A stretch of 13,695 nt of DNA from Polyangiaceae bacterium (lineage in GTDB: Bacteria > Myxococcota_A > Polyangia > Polyangiales > Polyangiaceae), in contig JALOQB010000215.1 in assembly GCA_025453595.1 (NCBI GenBank), forward strand, positions 1 to 13,695. The letters are read 5' to 3'. Below are positions 7,338-13,695 of the stretch, one piece after another. The stretch's first letter is position 1, and the number at the start of each line of letters is the position of its first letter. Below the pieces are notes generated by a model, which was given only the letters and a program-made list of their open reading frames with translations, ran no database searches and was not told where the DNA came from. Made by a program: the position numbers and the translations under genes.

Positions 7338-8309
7338 TCAGCGCCCTTCGCGGGGGCGCGGGGTCCGCTCGTCGTCGACCGCGGCCTGGATCCGGTCGAG
7401 GACCTGCTTGCGCGACGCCCTCCGGTTGTTGACCCGCTCGACCAGCCGCTCCGCGTAGCGGATCATCGCGCTGGCCACGTCGACCCCGCTCGCCCGCTCG
7501 ATCCCCTCCAGCCCCGGCGAGCTGTTGATCTCGAGGATCTTGGGCCCGTTGGTCCCCTCCAGCATGTCGACGCCGGCCACGTCGAGGCCCATGACCCGCG
7601 TGGCCTCGATGGCGGTCTTCCGGTAGCTGGGCGGCAGATTCACCTTCATGGCCAGGCCGCCCCGGTGCAGGTTCGACCGGAACTCGCCGGCCTTCGCCGT
7701 GCGCCTCATGCTGGCGATCACCCGGTTGCCCACCACGATCGTCCGGATGTCTCGCCCCTTCGACTCCCGGATGTACTCCTGCACGATGATGTCCTGGCTC
7801 AGGCCCCACAGGGTCTCCAGCAGCGACGACACCGCCTGGGGCGTCTCCGCGATCATGGTGCCGATCCCCTGGGTGCCCTGCTGCAGCTTCACGATCGCCG
7901 GCGTCCCCCCCACCAGCTCCAGCGCCGACTCGATCCCCGCAGGGCTCCGGGCGCACACCGTGATCGGCACGTCGATGTTCTTCCGCGTCAGCAGCTGCAG
8001 CGCCCGCAGCTTGTCCCGGCTCCGCGCGATCGCCACCGCGCTGTTCAGCACCGGCGTCCCCATCATGTCGAACTGACGCACCACCGCCAGCCCGTAATTC
8101 GTGATGCTCGCCCCGATCCGCGGGATCACCAGATCCACGTCCCCCACCGGCCGATCGCCCAGCAACAGCGTTGGCTCCCCCCGGGAGACCACGATCTGGA
8201 ACCCCAGCGGGTCCGCCACCGTCACGTGGTGACCTCGCGCTCGCGCCGCGAGCACGATGCGACTTGTCGAGTACAGCGCTGCGTTCCGAGACAGAACCAG
8301 GATTCGCAT
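7338..8309 (-). CDS. rimK: RimK, ribosomal protein S6 modification enzyme (alpha-L-glutamate ligase, ATP-grasp)
   Basis: [35 protein letters not shown]…[58 protein letters not shown]…[31 protein letters not shown]…[46 protein letters not shown]…[10 protein letters not shown]…[12 protein letters not shown] is near-collinear with E. coli RimK (MKIAILSRDGTLYSCKRL…IPRIGTAITFYG…[27 protein letters not shown]…VVKLVEGTQGIGVVLAET…[44 protein letters not shown]…ALDVAGVDIL…[12 protein letters not shown]). Start chosen at ATG 8307-8309; the ORF-track start at 8330 is GTG. About 30-aa basic C-terminal extension relative to E. coli. Confidence 0.9.
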   Translation of the reverse strand: [323 protein letters not shown]

Positions 8310-8397
8310 GAGAGGCCCGGACCGTAGCACTCACTCTCCCCTGCCTGAAGCTCGCCGGACTTCCCCCCCTCCTTCCCCCAAGGATCCGCCAGGTTGT

Positions 8398-8421
8398 CCC
8401 CTCCGGAGGGGGGTTCTTTTT
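8398..8421 (+). terminator. GC hairpin (CCCCTCC/GGAGGGG palindrome, 8398-8411) followed by a TTCTTTTT tract: an intrinsic-terminator-like or attenuator-like element on the + strand
   Basis: A 14-bp perfect palindrome is followed immediately by GG and an 8-nt T-rich run, which is very unusual in this roughly 70% GC DNA. It sits in the rimK/acd divergent intergenic region, about 90 nt upstream of the acd start. A C-rich tract (8359-8381, cttccccccctccttccccc) upstream could pair with the G-run as an alternative structure. Confidence 0.3.
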
Positions 8422-8458
8422 CAACCCATCGGGTTCTCCTTGCGCGCCGGTTCGGTGC

Positions 8459-8475
8459 ACGCGAAACTTTCGCGT
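8459..8475. promoter_or_regulatory. 17-bp perfect palindrome ACGCGAAA-C-TTTCGCGT, a candidate operator, 33 nt upstream of the acd start. A related CGCGT…ACGCG repeat lies at 8471-8491.
   Basis: The arms are exact 8-nt reverse complements around a single central C. Followed by cgcgtacaaacctttcacgcg, which has 5-bp inverted arms. Confidence 0.35.
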
Positions 8476-8493
8476 ACAAACCTTTCACGCGAC

Positions 8494-8499
8494 AAGGGA
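8494..8499 (+). promoter_or_regulatory. Shine-Dalgarno (AGGGAG) for the acyl-CoA dehydrogenase gene
   Basis: AGGGAG lies 8 nt upstream of ATG 8508. The ORF-track start at 8394 (TTG) reads through intergenic sequence. Confidence 0.5.
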
Positions 8500-8507
8500 G
8501 TCGAGCG

Positions 8508-9677
8508 ATGTGGCAGCCATTCCGGGAAGAACACGAGCAGTTCCGGGCGACGGTGCGGCGATTTGTGGAGAAGGAGCTGACGCCCTTCGCGGAGGAGTGG
8601 GAGGAGTCCGGGTGCTTCCCGGACGAGGTCTTCCGGCGGGCGGGGGAGCTGGGGATTCTGGGGGCGCATTTCCCCGAGGAGCACGGGGGGTCCGGCGGGG
8701 ATTACTGGTTCAGCGTGGCGAAGTCGGAGGAGTTCCCGAGGGCGCGGTCCGCCGGGGTGGGCATGGGCCTGCTGGTGCAGAGCGACATGGCGACCCCGGT
8801 GATCAGCGATCTGGGGACGCCGGAGCAGATCGAGGAGTTCCTCAAGCCGGCGCTGCGGGGCGAGCGGATCGTGTCGCTGGGGGTGAGCGAGCCAGGGGCA
8901 GGGAGCGACGTGGCGGGCATCCGGACGGTGGCGCGCAAGGACGGCGACGACTACCTGATCAGCGGGCAAAAGACGTTCATCACCAACGGCTCCCGGGCCT
9001 CGTTCATCACGCTGCTGGCCAAGACCAACCCGGAGGCGGGGGCCCACGGCTGCTCGTTCTTCCTGGTGCCGACGGACACCAAGGGGTTCTCGGTCTCGAA
9101 GAAGCTGAAGAAGATCGGCAACAAGTCGAGCGACACCGCCGAGCTGTTCCTGGACAGCGTGCGCATCCCCAGGCGCTACCTGCTGGGGGAAGAGAACATG
9201 GGGTTCATGTACCTGATGCAGAACTTCCAGACCGAGCGGTTGATCGCGGCGACGACGGCGGTGGCGGGCTCCCAGCTCGCGCTGGACGAGGCGATCCAGT
9301 ACGGCCGCGACCGGAGCGCCTTCGGCAAGCCGATCCTCAAGCGCGAGGTGTGGCAGCACCGGCTGGTCGATCTGCAGATCAAGATCGAGGCGGCCCGGGC
9401 CTTCTGTTACCGCACCGTGGATCGGTACAACCACGAGCGGTACGTGAACAAGGAGCCCCTCTCGATGGAGACGGTGAAGCTCATCTCGATGGCCAAGGTC
9501 CTCGTCGGCGAGATGAACTCGGAGGTGATGGACGAGTGTCTCCAGTTCCACGGGGGCTGGGGGTACATCGAGGACTACAACATCGCCCGCGCCTGGCGCG
9601 ACGCCCGCCTGCTCCGCATCGGCGGCGGCACCACCGAGACCATGCGCTACTACATCGCCAAGCTCATGGGGCTCTGA
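8508..9677 (+). CDS. Acyl-CoA dehydrogenase (389 aa)
   Basis: MWQPFREEHEQFRATVRRFVEKELTPFAEEWEESGCFPDEVFRRAGELGILGAHFPEEHGG…LGVSEPGAGSDVAGIRTVARKDGDDYLISGQKTFITNG…CSFFLVPTDTKGFSVSKKLKKIGNKSSDTAELFLDSVRIP…ERLIAATTAVAGSQLALDEAIQYGRDRSAFGKPI…QFHGGWGYIEDYNIARAWRDARLLRIGGGTTETMRYYIAKLMGL. All canonical ACAD blocks are present: N-terminal helical domain, central beta-domain 'G-E--GSD' and 'GxK-FITNG', and C-terminal helical domain 'Q--GG-GY' (matched here by QFHGGWGY). Confidence 0.88.
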   Translation: MWQPFREEHEQFRATVRRFVEKELTPFAEEWEESGCFPDEVFRRAGELGILGAHFPEEHGGSGGDYWFSVAKSEEFPRARSAGVGMGLLVQSDMATPVISDLGTPEQIEEFLKPALRGERIVSLGVSEPGAGSDVAGIRTVARKDGDDYLISGQKTFITNGSRASFITLLAKTNPEAGAHGCSFFLVPTDTKGFSVSKKLKKIGNKSSDTAELFLDSVRIPRRYLLGEENMGFMYLMQNFQTERLIAATTAVAGSQLALDEAIQYGRDRSAFGKPILKREVWQHRLVDLQIKIEAARAFCYRTVDRYNHERYVNKEPLSMETVKLISMAKVLVGEMNSEVMDECLQFHGGWGYIEDYNIARAWRDARLLRIGGGTTETMRYYIAKLMGL

Positions 9678-10665
9678 CCCCGCCCGCCTTGCGCTGCGGC
9701 TTCGTGTCCGCATGAAAGCGGGCCCGGTACTCGCTGGGTGACACGCCCAGCGCCCGCTGGAACGCCCGGCCCATCGTCTCCAGCGCCCCGAACCCCGTGC
9801 TCTGGGCGATGACCTTCACCGGTTTCCGGGTCTTCTCCAGCGCCCTCCGCGCCAGCTCGATCCGCACCGACTCCACGTAAGAAGCCGGCGTTGCGCCGAG
9901 CTCCTTCGAGAACATCCGGCTCAAGGTGCGCTCGCTGCACCCCGCCTGCTGCGCCAGCGCGCTCGCGGACAGGTCTCGCTCCGGGTGCGCATGGATGTAC
10001 GCCACCACCCGGGTGAGCGCCTCGCTCCGGGGCCTCGTCGCCGGGAGCGCCCCGGCGAACTGATTTTGCCCCCCCGGACGGTGCAGGTACACCACCAGCC
10101 AGCGGGCCACCTCCAGCGCCAGCTCGCTCCCATGATCCTGCTCCACCAGGGCCAGCGCCAGGTCGATGCCCGCCGTGACCCCCGCGGATGTCCACACGCT
10201 CCCGTCCCGCACGTAGATCGGGTCTTCCTGCACCTCGCAGGCCGGATGGTGCCTCCGCATCCGCGCCACGGCGGCCCAGTGCGTGACCGCTCGCTTGCCC
10301 TGCAGCAACCCCGCGTCCGCCAGCAGCAGCGCCCCGGTGCACACCCCCACGGTGCGCTCCGCCCTGCGCGCGAGCCGCGCCAGGTGAGGCCAGAGACCCT
10401 GCTGGTTCGCCAGCACCTCCCGCGTGGCACCGCCCACCAGCAGCGTCCCGATGGGCCCCTCCAGCTCCTCGAACGAACGCCGCGCCACCACTTCCATCCC
10501 CGACGCGGTCTCCACCGCTCCCACCTCCTGCGCCACCAGCTCCATCTGGTACCCATGCCCCGGTGGCAGCAGCCGTGTCGCGCAGTCCATCACCCCGAGC
10601 GGCCCCGCCAGGTCCAGCAGCTCGACGCCCGGAAACAGCACCACCACCACCCGATGCTTCGGCAC
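9664..10665 (-). CDS. GlxA-family transcriptional regulator (N-terminal DJ-1/PfpI domain plus C-terminal AraC-type HTH), 333 aa, GTG start
   Basis: RVVVVLFPGVELLDLAGPLGVM…ERTVGVCTGALLLADAGLLQGKRAVTHWAAVARMRRHHP…YVRDGSVWTSAGVTAGIDLALALVEQDHG is the DJ-1/PfpI fold with the conserved nucleophile-position Cys in 'VCTGA'. …LTRVVAYIHAHPERDLSASALAQQAGCSERTLSRMFSKELGATPASYVESVRIELARRAL…KVIAQSTGFGALETMGRAFQRALGVSPSEYR is the AraC/XylS dual HTH. The 3' end overlaps the convergent acd gene by 14 bp (9664-9677). Confidence 0.85.
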   Translation of the reverse strand: MPKHRVVVVLFPGVELLDLAGPLGVMDCATRLLPPGHGYQMELVAQEVGAVETASGMEVVARRSFEELEGPIGTLLVGGATREVLANQQGLWPHLARLARRAERTVGVCTGALLLADAGLLQGKRAVTHWAAVARMRRHHPACEVQEDPIYVRDGSVWTSAGVTAGIDLALALVEQDHGSELALEVARWLVVYLHRPGGQNQFAGALPATRPRSEALTRVVAYIHAHPERDLSASALAQQAGCSERTLSRMFSKELGATPASYVESVRIELARRALEKTRKPVKVIAQSTGFGALETMGRAFQRALGVSPSEYRARFHADTKPQRKAGGVRAP

Positions 10666-10794
10666 GTCCCCATGCTACCGCGCCGCACCGCTGGCCTGCA
10701 CGCTGGCTGGATCCATCAACCCTTTGACCGGATCTGCAGCTCGCCCCCGGGTACCCTCTTTTCCCTTGTGATGCTGGTTGCCACGGAGAAGACG

Positions 10795-12129
10795 ATGCGA
10801 AACTTGATGTGCGTGGTCGCCCTGTTGCTGCCCCTCGGCTGCGGGGACAGCGCGGAGCCAGGCCCGGCGGACAACCCCGCTGGCGCCTCGGGCCAGGGCG
10901 GGAGCGGACCAGGGGGCGCCGGGGGCGAGGCCGGCGCCGGGCAGGCCGGTACCGGAGGGACATCGGCAGCAGGCGCAGGCCAGGGCGGCGCCGGGGCGGG
11001 CGCCGGTGGGTCGGCTGGTGCTGGTGCTGGCGGCGCGGGGGCCGGCGGCGCGGGGGCCGGCGGCACATCCGGAAGTTCCGGACAGTCACCGGGCGGGAGC
11101 GGCGGCGCGAGCGGTGCAGGTGCGGGAGGGGCCGCTGGTGGGGGCGGGGCCGGCGGTGGCGCGGTGGAGCCCATCCAGGCGCCTCCTGACACCTGGACCT
11201 GGGTCCCGGTGGCTGGCTCCCGGTGTGCATCGGGGACCGAGACCGGGTTCGGCGTCCGTCTGCGCCCCGGGAGCAAGCGGTTGCTGATCTACATGGAGGG
11301 GGGCGGCTCGTGCCAGACGGCCCAGAGCTGCTGGATCTCGCCAACAGCCGCGACCACGAGCGGTTTCGGTGAGGAGGATTTCAAGAAAGAACCGAAGCTA
11401 AAAACGCTGCCCATCCTGCTGGATAACCAGGCGAACCCCTTTGCCGACGCGAACCAGATCTTCATCCCTTACTGCACGGGGGATTACCACGGCGGGACCA
11501 AGAGCCAGATCCTGGATGTGCAAGGGACACCGAAGGAGACCTTCTTCTGGGGGGGCACGAACATGGGGCTGTTCTTGCCGCTCCTGGCGGCGACCTTCCC
11601 CGGGATGGATCGGGTGTGGCTCACCGGCACGAGCGCCGGCGCCGCCGGGACGGTGCTGAACTTCCATCGGGTGAAGAAGGCGCTGGGGAGCCGGGTCGAC
11701 ACGCTCAACGACTCGGGGCCGCCCTTTGCGTCCGGGTTGACCGAGGAGGAGAAAAATTTCTGGGGGTACCTGCCGGTGGAAGGATGCCCGGAGTGCGCCA
11801 CGGGCCTCCAGCTCCACGCCTTCAATCGTTCTCTTGACCCGTCGAGTCGCTTCGGCCAGCTCTCGTTTGCCTACGACCCGACCATCGCCAAGCAGACGCC
11901 GCTCCCCGAGTTCAAGCAGCAGCTGGAGTCCTTCGTCGAGGATAACAAGAGCGACCCCGGCTTCTTCTCGTTCATCGCCCTCAACGAGCTGCCCAAGAAC
12001 AAGGCAGAAGCAGACCACGTGGTGCTCACCAGCGTGGCGCCGGGGGCCTTTGCGAAGGCGCTGGCGGACTGGATGGCGGCCTTCGCCAAGGACGGAGACC
12101 CGGGGCAGGTCACCCAGCCTTACCCCTGA
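10795..12129 (+). CDS. Secreted, probably lipidated esterase of the pectin-acetylesterase/Notum (PAE) family, with a roughly 100-aa Gly/Ala-rich low-complexity linker
   Basis: ATG 10795 is preceded by GGAGAA (10785-10790). Signal peptide MRNLMCVVALLLPLGC|GDS with Cys after the hydrophobic core. The lipobox is non-canonical because Pro sits at -3. Linker GQGGSGPGGAGGEAGAGQAGTGG…GAGAGGAAGGGGAGGGA. Catalytic domain: 'KRLLIYMEGGGSCQTAQSCW', 'IFIPYCTGDYHGG' and 'VWLTGTSAGAAGTVLNF' match the PAE-family 'Y-EGGG-C' oxyanion motif, 'YCDG---G' and the G-S-AGG nucleophile-elbow blocks. The ORF-track start at 9985 runs antisense through the GlxA gene. Confidence 0.75.
   Translation: MRNLMCVVALLLPLGCGDSAEPGPADNPAGASGQGGSGPGGAGGEAGAGQAGTGGTSAAGAGQGGAGAGAGGSAGAGAGGAGAGGAGAGGTSGSSGQSPGGSGGASGAGAGGAAGGGGAGGGAVEPIQAPPDTWTWVPVAGSRCASGTETGFGVRLRPGSKRLLIYMEGGGSCQTAQSCWISPTAATTSGFGEEDFKKEPKLKTLPILLDNQANPFADANQIFIPYCTGDYHGGTKSQILDVQGTPKETFFWGGTNMGLFLPLLAATFPGMDRVWLTGTSAGAAGTVLNFHRVKKALGSRVDTLNDSGPPFASGLTEEEKNFWGYLPVEGCPECATGLQLHAFNRSLDPSSRFGQLSFAYDPTIAKQTPLPEFKQQLESFVEDNKSDPGFFSFIALNELPKNKAEADHVVLTSVAPGAFAKALADWMAAFAKDGDPGQVTQPYP
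10861..11170 (+). repeat. Imperfect tandem GC-rich short repeats (GGC/GCG/GGG units, e.g. gcgggggccggcggcgcgggggccggcggc) encoding the Gly/Ala linker of the esterase
   Basis: The direct repeat 'ggcgcgggggccggcggc' occurs twice in tandem around 11029-11064. Extended G+C at above 85% with (GGN)n periodicity. This is coding low complexity, not a CRISPR array. Confidence 0.6.
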
Positions 12130-12147
12130 ACCCCCCCCTGGTTCTTC

Positions 12148-12480
12148 TCACTCCTTGGCGCAGTTCTTCTCGTTGAGGGTGAGGGAGGAGAGGATCGGGG
12201 AGGCGTTGAGATCCTGGGATTTCATCGTCAGCTCGACCTGGATCGCGCCGCCGGTCAGGTTGAGGGGGATCGGGGTCGTGTCCGGGGGCAGCGTGGCCAC
12301 CTTCACCCACGAGGCGGCGGGGAGCTCGGCGACGGAGGGGGCGACGCGGACGCTGACGGTGGTGACGGTGCTGGGGGGCGCCAGCAGCTTCATGTCCAGC
12401 GACTCGAACAGCGTCTGACCGCCGCCGCACCCCTGGAACGTCTTGCGGAAGATGCCTCCCTTCGACGCCGCGTTCACCAG
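12148..12480 (-). pseudogene. Orphan C-terminal beta-rich domain ORF (about 110 codons, no convincing own start or RBS) immediately downstream of, and out of frame with, the beta-propeller gene. Candidate frameshifted C-terminal extension.
   Basis: The frame reads …LVNAASKGGIFRKTFQGCGGGQTLFESLDMKLLAPPSTVTTVSVRVAPSVAELPAASWVKVATLPPDTTPIPLNLTGGAIQVELTMKSQDLNASPILSSLTLNEKNCAKE*, with TGA at 12148-12150. Non-repetitive, alternating hydrophobic/polar beta-strand pattern typical of an Ig-like/beta-sandwich domain. It begins exactly where the propeller ORF stops (TGA 12474-12476). The only internal ATG (12393) has no SD. Confidence 0.35.
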
Positions 12481-13695
12481 CTGATGTCGCTGTACGTGTA
12501 CGTGCCAAGCCCCGGGGTGGCGACCTGGTTGCTGTAGGGCGACGCGCTGTTGGGGTCGTGCTTGTAGGCCGTGTTGTTGCCGCCGATGGGGATCGACCAG
12601 GGTATCCCGTTGGCGTCGATGGCCCAGCCGTGGCCGCCGGCCTGCGAAGTCCCCAGGACCTGCATCGTGTTGGTGTCGATGCGCACGCCCTGCTGGCCCG
12701 TCCAGAGGTGACCGTTCTGATCGATCGCCACGCCGCCACCGTTGCCGGTGGGGATGCCCACCACCACGTTCTCGCCGGTGGTCGGGTCGTAGCGGCGGAC
12801 GCACTGGTCGCCGTAGCCCGAGGTGTAGATCCGCCCCTGGGGGTCTGCCGTGATGCCATACATGCACTGTGCCGGGTGGCTGGTCACCTGATCGCCGTTC
12901 TTCACGTCGATCTTCACCAGCGCCGCCAGCGCCTGGACCCAGACATTGCCGTCCTTGTCGACCACCAGCCCGTAGGGGTTGCCGGGGACCGGGATCTCCT
13001 TGATCACCACGCCCGTCGCCGCGTTGATCCGCAGCACCTTGCTGCCGTTGAAGATGCCCACGTACACGAAGACCGAGAGCTCACCCTTGTCGCCGATCTC
13101 CGCGTCAAACCCGGCGGCTCGCGGCAGGCTGCCGTAGGACGTGAGGTCGGTCCACCACAGCACGCACTCGTCGGGGCTGTTGGGTTGCCCGGCCTGCCAC
13201 TGGAACTGGGGAGGCACCGGCCCCGCGCCCTTCCAGGTGTCGATCACCCCGTTCCCGTTCCGGTCCACGCAGTTGATCTCGTCCGTCGCGATCCGCGCTG
13301 CCGACGGGATCCCGGAGTAGGCGCGGTTGGCGACCACCGCGTCGCCGGAGAGCCCCACCGTCGTCCGCGACGGATCCGAGGCACAGCCTGGCGCGGTGCA
13401 GTAGCGCGCCAGCTCCTGCAGGCTCTCGGTGTCGATCTTCGAGATCGTCCCCTCGGCGCTGTTGGCGATCCAGATCACCGGCTTCGTCACCTTTGACACC
13501 GCGGTCGCCGGGTCGATGATCACGTTGCCCTTGTCATCCAGCTTCACCCCCTGGGACCCATCGCCGCCCGGGTCAAACCCCTTGCCGTCGCTGGTGCCGG
13601 GCTTCTGGCACAGGTTGGTGCACCCGTCGGATTCATCGAGGTTCTGGTCGTCGCAGCTCTCGCCGGCCTGGATGAACCCGTCGCCGCACCTGGCC
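12474..13695 (-). CDS. Secreted Cys-rich-repeat plus beta-propeller repeat protein. N-terminus lies beyond the window end, and the frame stays open to 13694.
   Basis: The region upstream of the ORF-track start (GTG 13547) remains in frame to the window edge: …ARCGDGFIQAGESCDDQNLDESDGCTNLCQKPGTSDGKGFDPGGDGSQGV-KLDDKGNVII…. The 'GDGxxxxGExCDDxN…DGC…C' pattern is the Myxococcus cysteine-rich repeat. Downstream come roughly 40-50-aa recurrences 'YGLVVDKDGNVWVQA', 'YGITADPQGRIYTSG', 'GVAIDQNGHLWTGQ' and 'HGWAIDANGIPWSIP', typical of Vgb/SMP-30/NHL-like beta-propeller blades. Stop TGA at 12474-12476. Confidence 0.75.
   Translation of the reverse strand, partial: ARCGDGFIQAGESCDDQNLDESDGCTNLCQKPGTSDGKGFDPGGDGSQGVKLDDKGNVIIDPATAVSKVTKPVIWIANSAEGTISKIDTESLQELARYCTAPGCASDPSRTTVGLSGDAVVANRAYSGIPSAARIATDEINCVDRNGNGVIDTWKGAGPVPPQFQWQAGQPNSPDECVLWWTDLTSYGSLPRAAGFDAEIGDKGELSVFVYVGIFNGSKVLRINAATGVVIKEIPVPGNPYGLVVDKDGNVWVQALAALVKIDVKNGDQVTSHPAQCMYGITADPQGRIYTSGYGDQCVRRYDPTTGENVVVGIPTGNGGGVAIDQNGHLWTGQQGVRIDTNTMQVLGTSQAGGHGWAIDANGIPWSIPIGGNNTAYKHDPNSASPYSNQVATPGLGTYTYSDISW

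Noticed and set aside
6070-8460. Long + strand ORF 6070-7458 and - strand ORF 6925-8460 (Arg/Pro/Gly-rich)
   Set aside because: Alternate-frame or antisense read-through of the MVP and rimK genes. Composition is RPG-rich low complexity with no domain-like sequence.
8331-8507. Possible tRNA or small RNA in the 177-bp rimK-acd intergenic region
   Set aside because: No cloverleaf-compatible arms and no GTTC-R-A-NNC T-loop motif. The structure is better explained by the hairpin/T-tract and palindromic operator reported above.
10861-11170. CRISPR-like regular repeats
   Set aside because: The repeats are 3-nt-periodic GC-rich coding repeats with no spacer-like unique sequences. They lie inside a continuous ORF encoding a Gly/Ala linker.
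8421-11344. ORFs 8421-9713 -, 8510-9715 +, 9650-11344 -, 9921-10556 -, 10716-11276 - and 10809-11189 +
   Set aside because: Antisense or alternate frames of the ACAD, GlxA-regulator and esterase genes. Proline/arginine-rich and repeat-driven, where the Gly/Ala linker DNA reads as PAP/RRG repeats in other frames.
12110-13496. ORFs 12110-12859 -, 12558-13496 + and the N-terminal part of 12148-12867 -
   Set aside because: Overlap the beta-propeller gene in other frames with Arg/Pro/Thr-rich junk. Only the 12148 to about 12480 portion of the third looks like real protein (reported separately).

Overview
This is a high-GC (about 70%) bacterial chromosomal window. It carries a Myxococcus-type cysteine-rich repeat and several myxobacteria-style lipoproteins, so a Myxococcales-like organism is likely. 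I support eleven protein-coding genes from direct reading of both strands. (1) A 5'-truncated membrane protein with an internal spermidine-synthase-like domain on the + strand. (2) A thioredoxin-fold lipoprotein on the - strand, absent from the ORF track, with no in-frame stop before the window edge. (3) A 53-aa rubredoxin on the - strand, too short for the ORF track. (4) A GNAT/FemAB-like acyltransferase on the - strand. (5) The standout, a 909-aa + strand protein collinear along its whole length with eukaryotic major vault protein (MVP): vault repeats, an SPFH-like shoulder and a cap-helix coiled coil. (6) rimK on the - strand. (7) An acyl-CoA dehydrogenase on the + strand. (8) A GlxA-family regulator (DJ-1/PfpI plus AraC HTH) on the - strand. 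(9) A secreted, probably lipidated, pectin-acetylesterase/Notum-family esterase with a Gly/Ala-rich linker. (10) A possible frameshifted C-terminal beta-domain ORF. (11) A 5'-truncated Cys-rich-repeat plus beta-propeller protein on the - strand. Most other long ORFs in the six-frame track are antisense or alternate-frame artefacts, which are common in GC-rich DNA. The ORF-track start coordinates for the real genes are usually upstream over-extensions; I give starts refined by RBS and homology. Non-coding observations include a 17-bp perfect palindrome and a hairpin/T-tract element in the rimK-acd divergent intergenic region.
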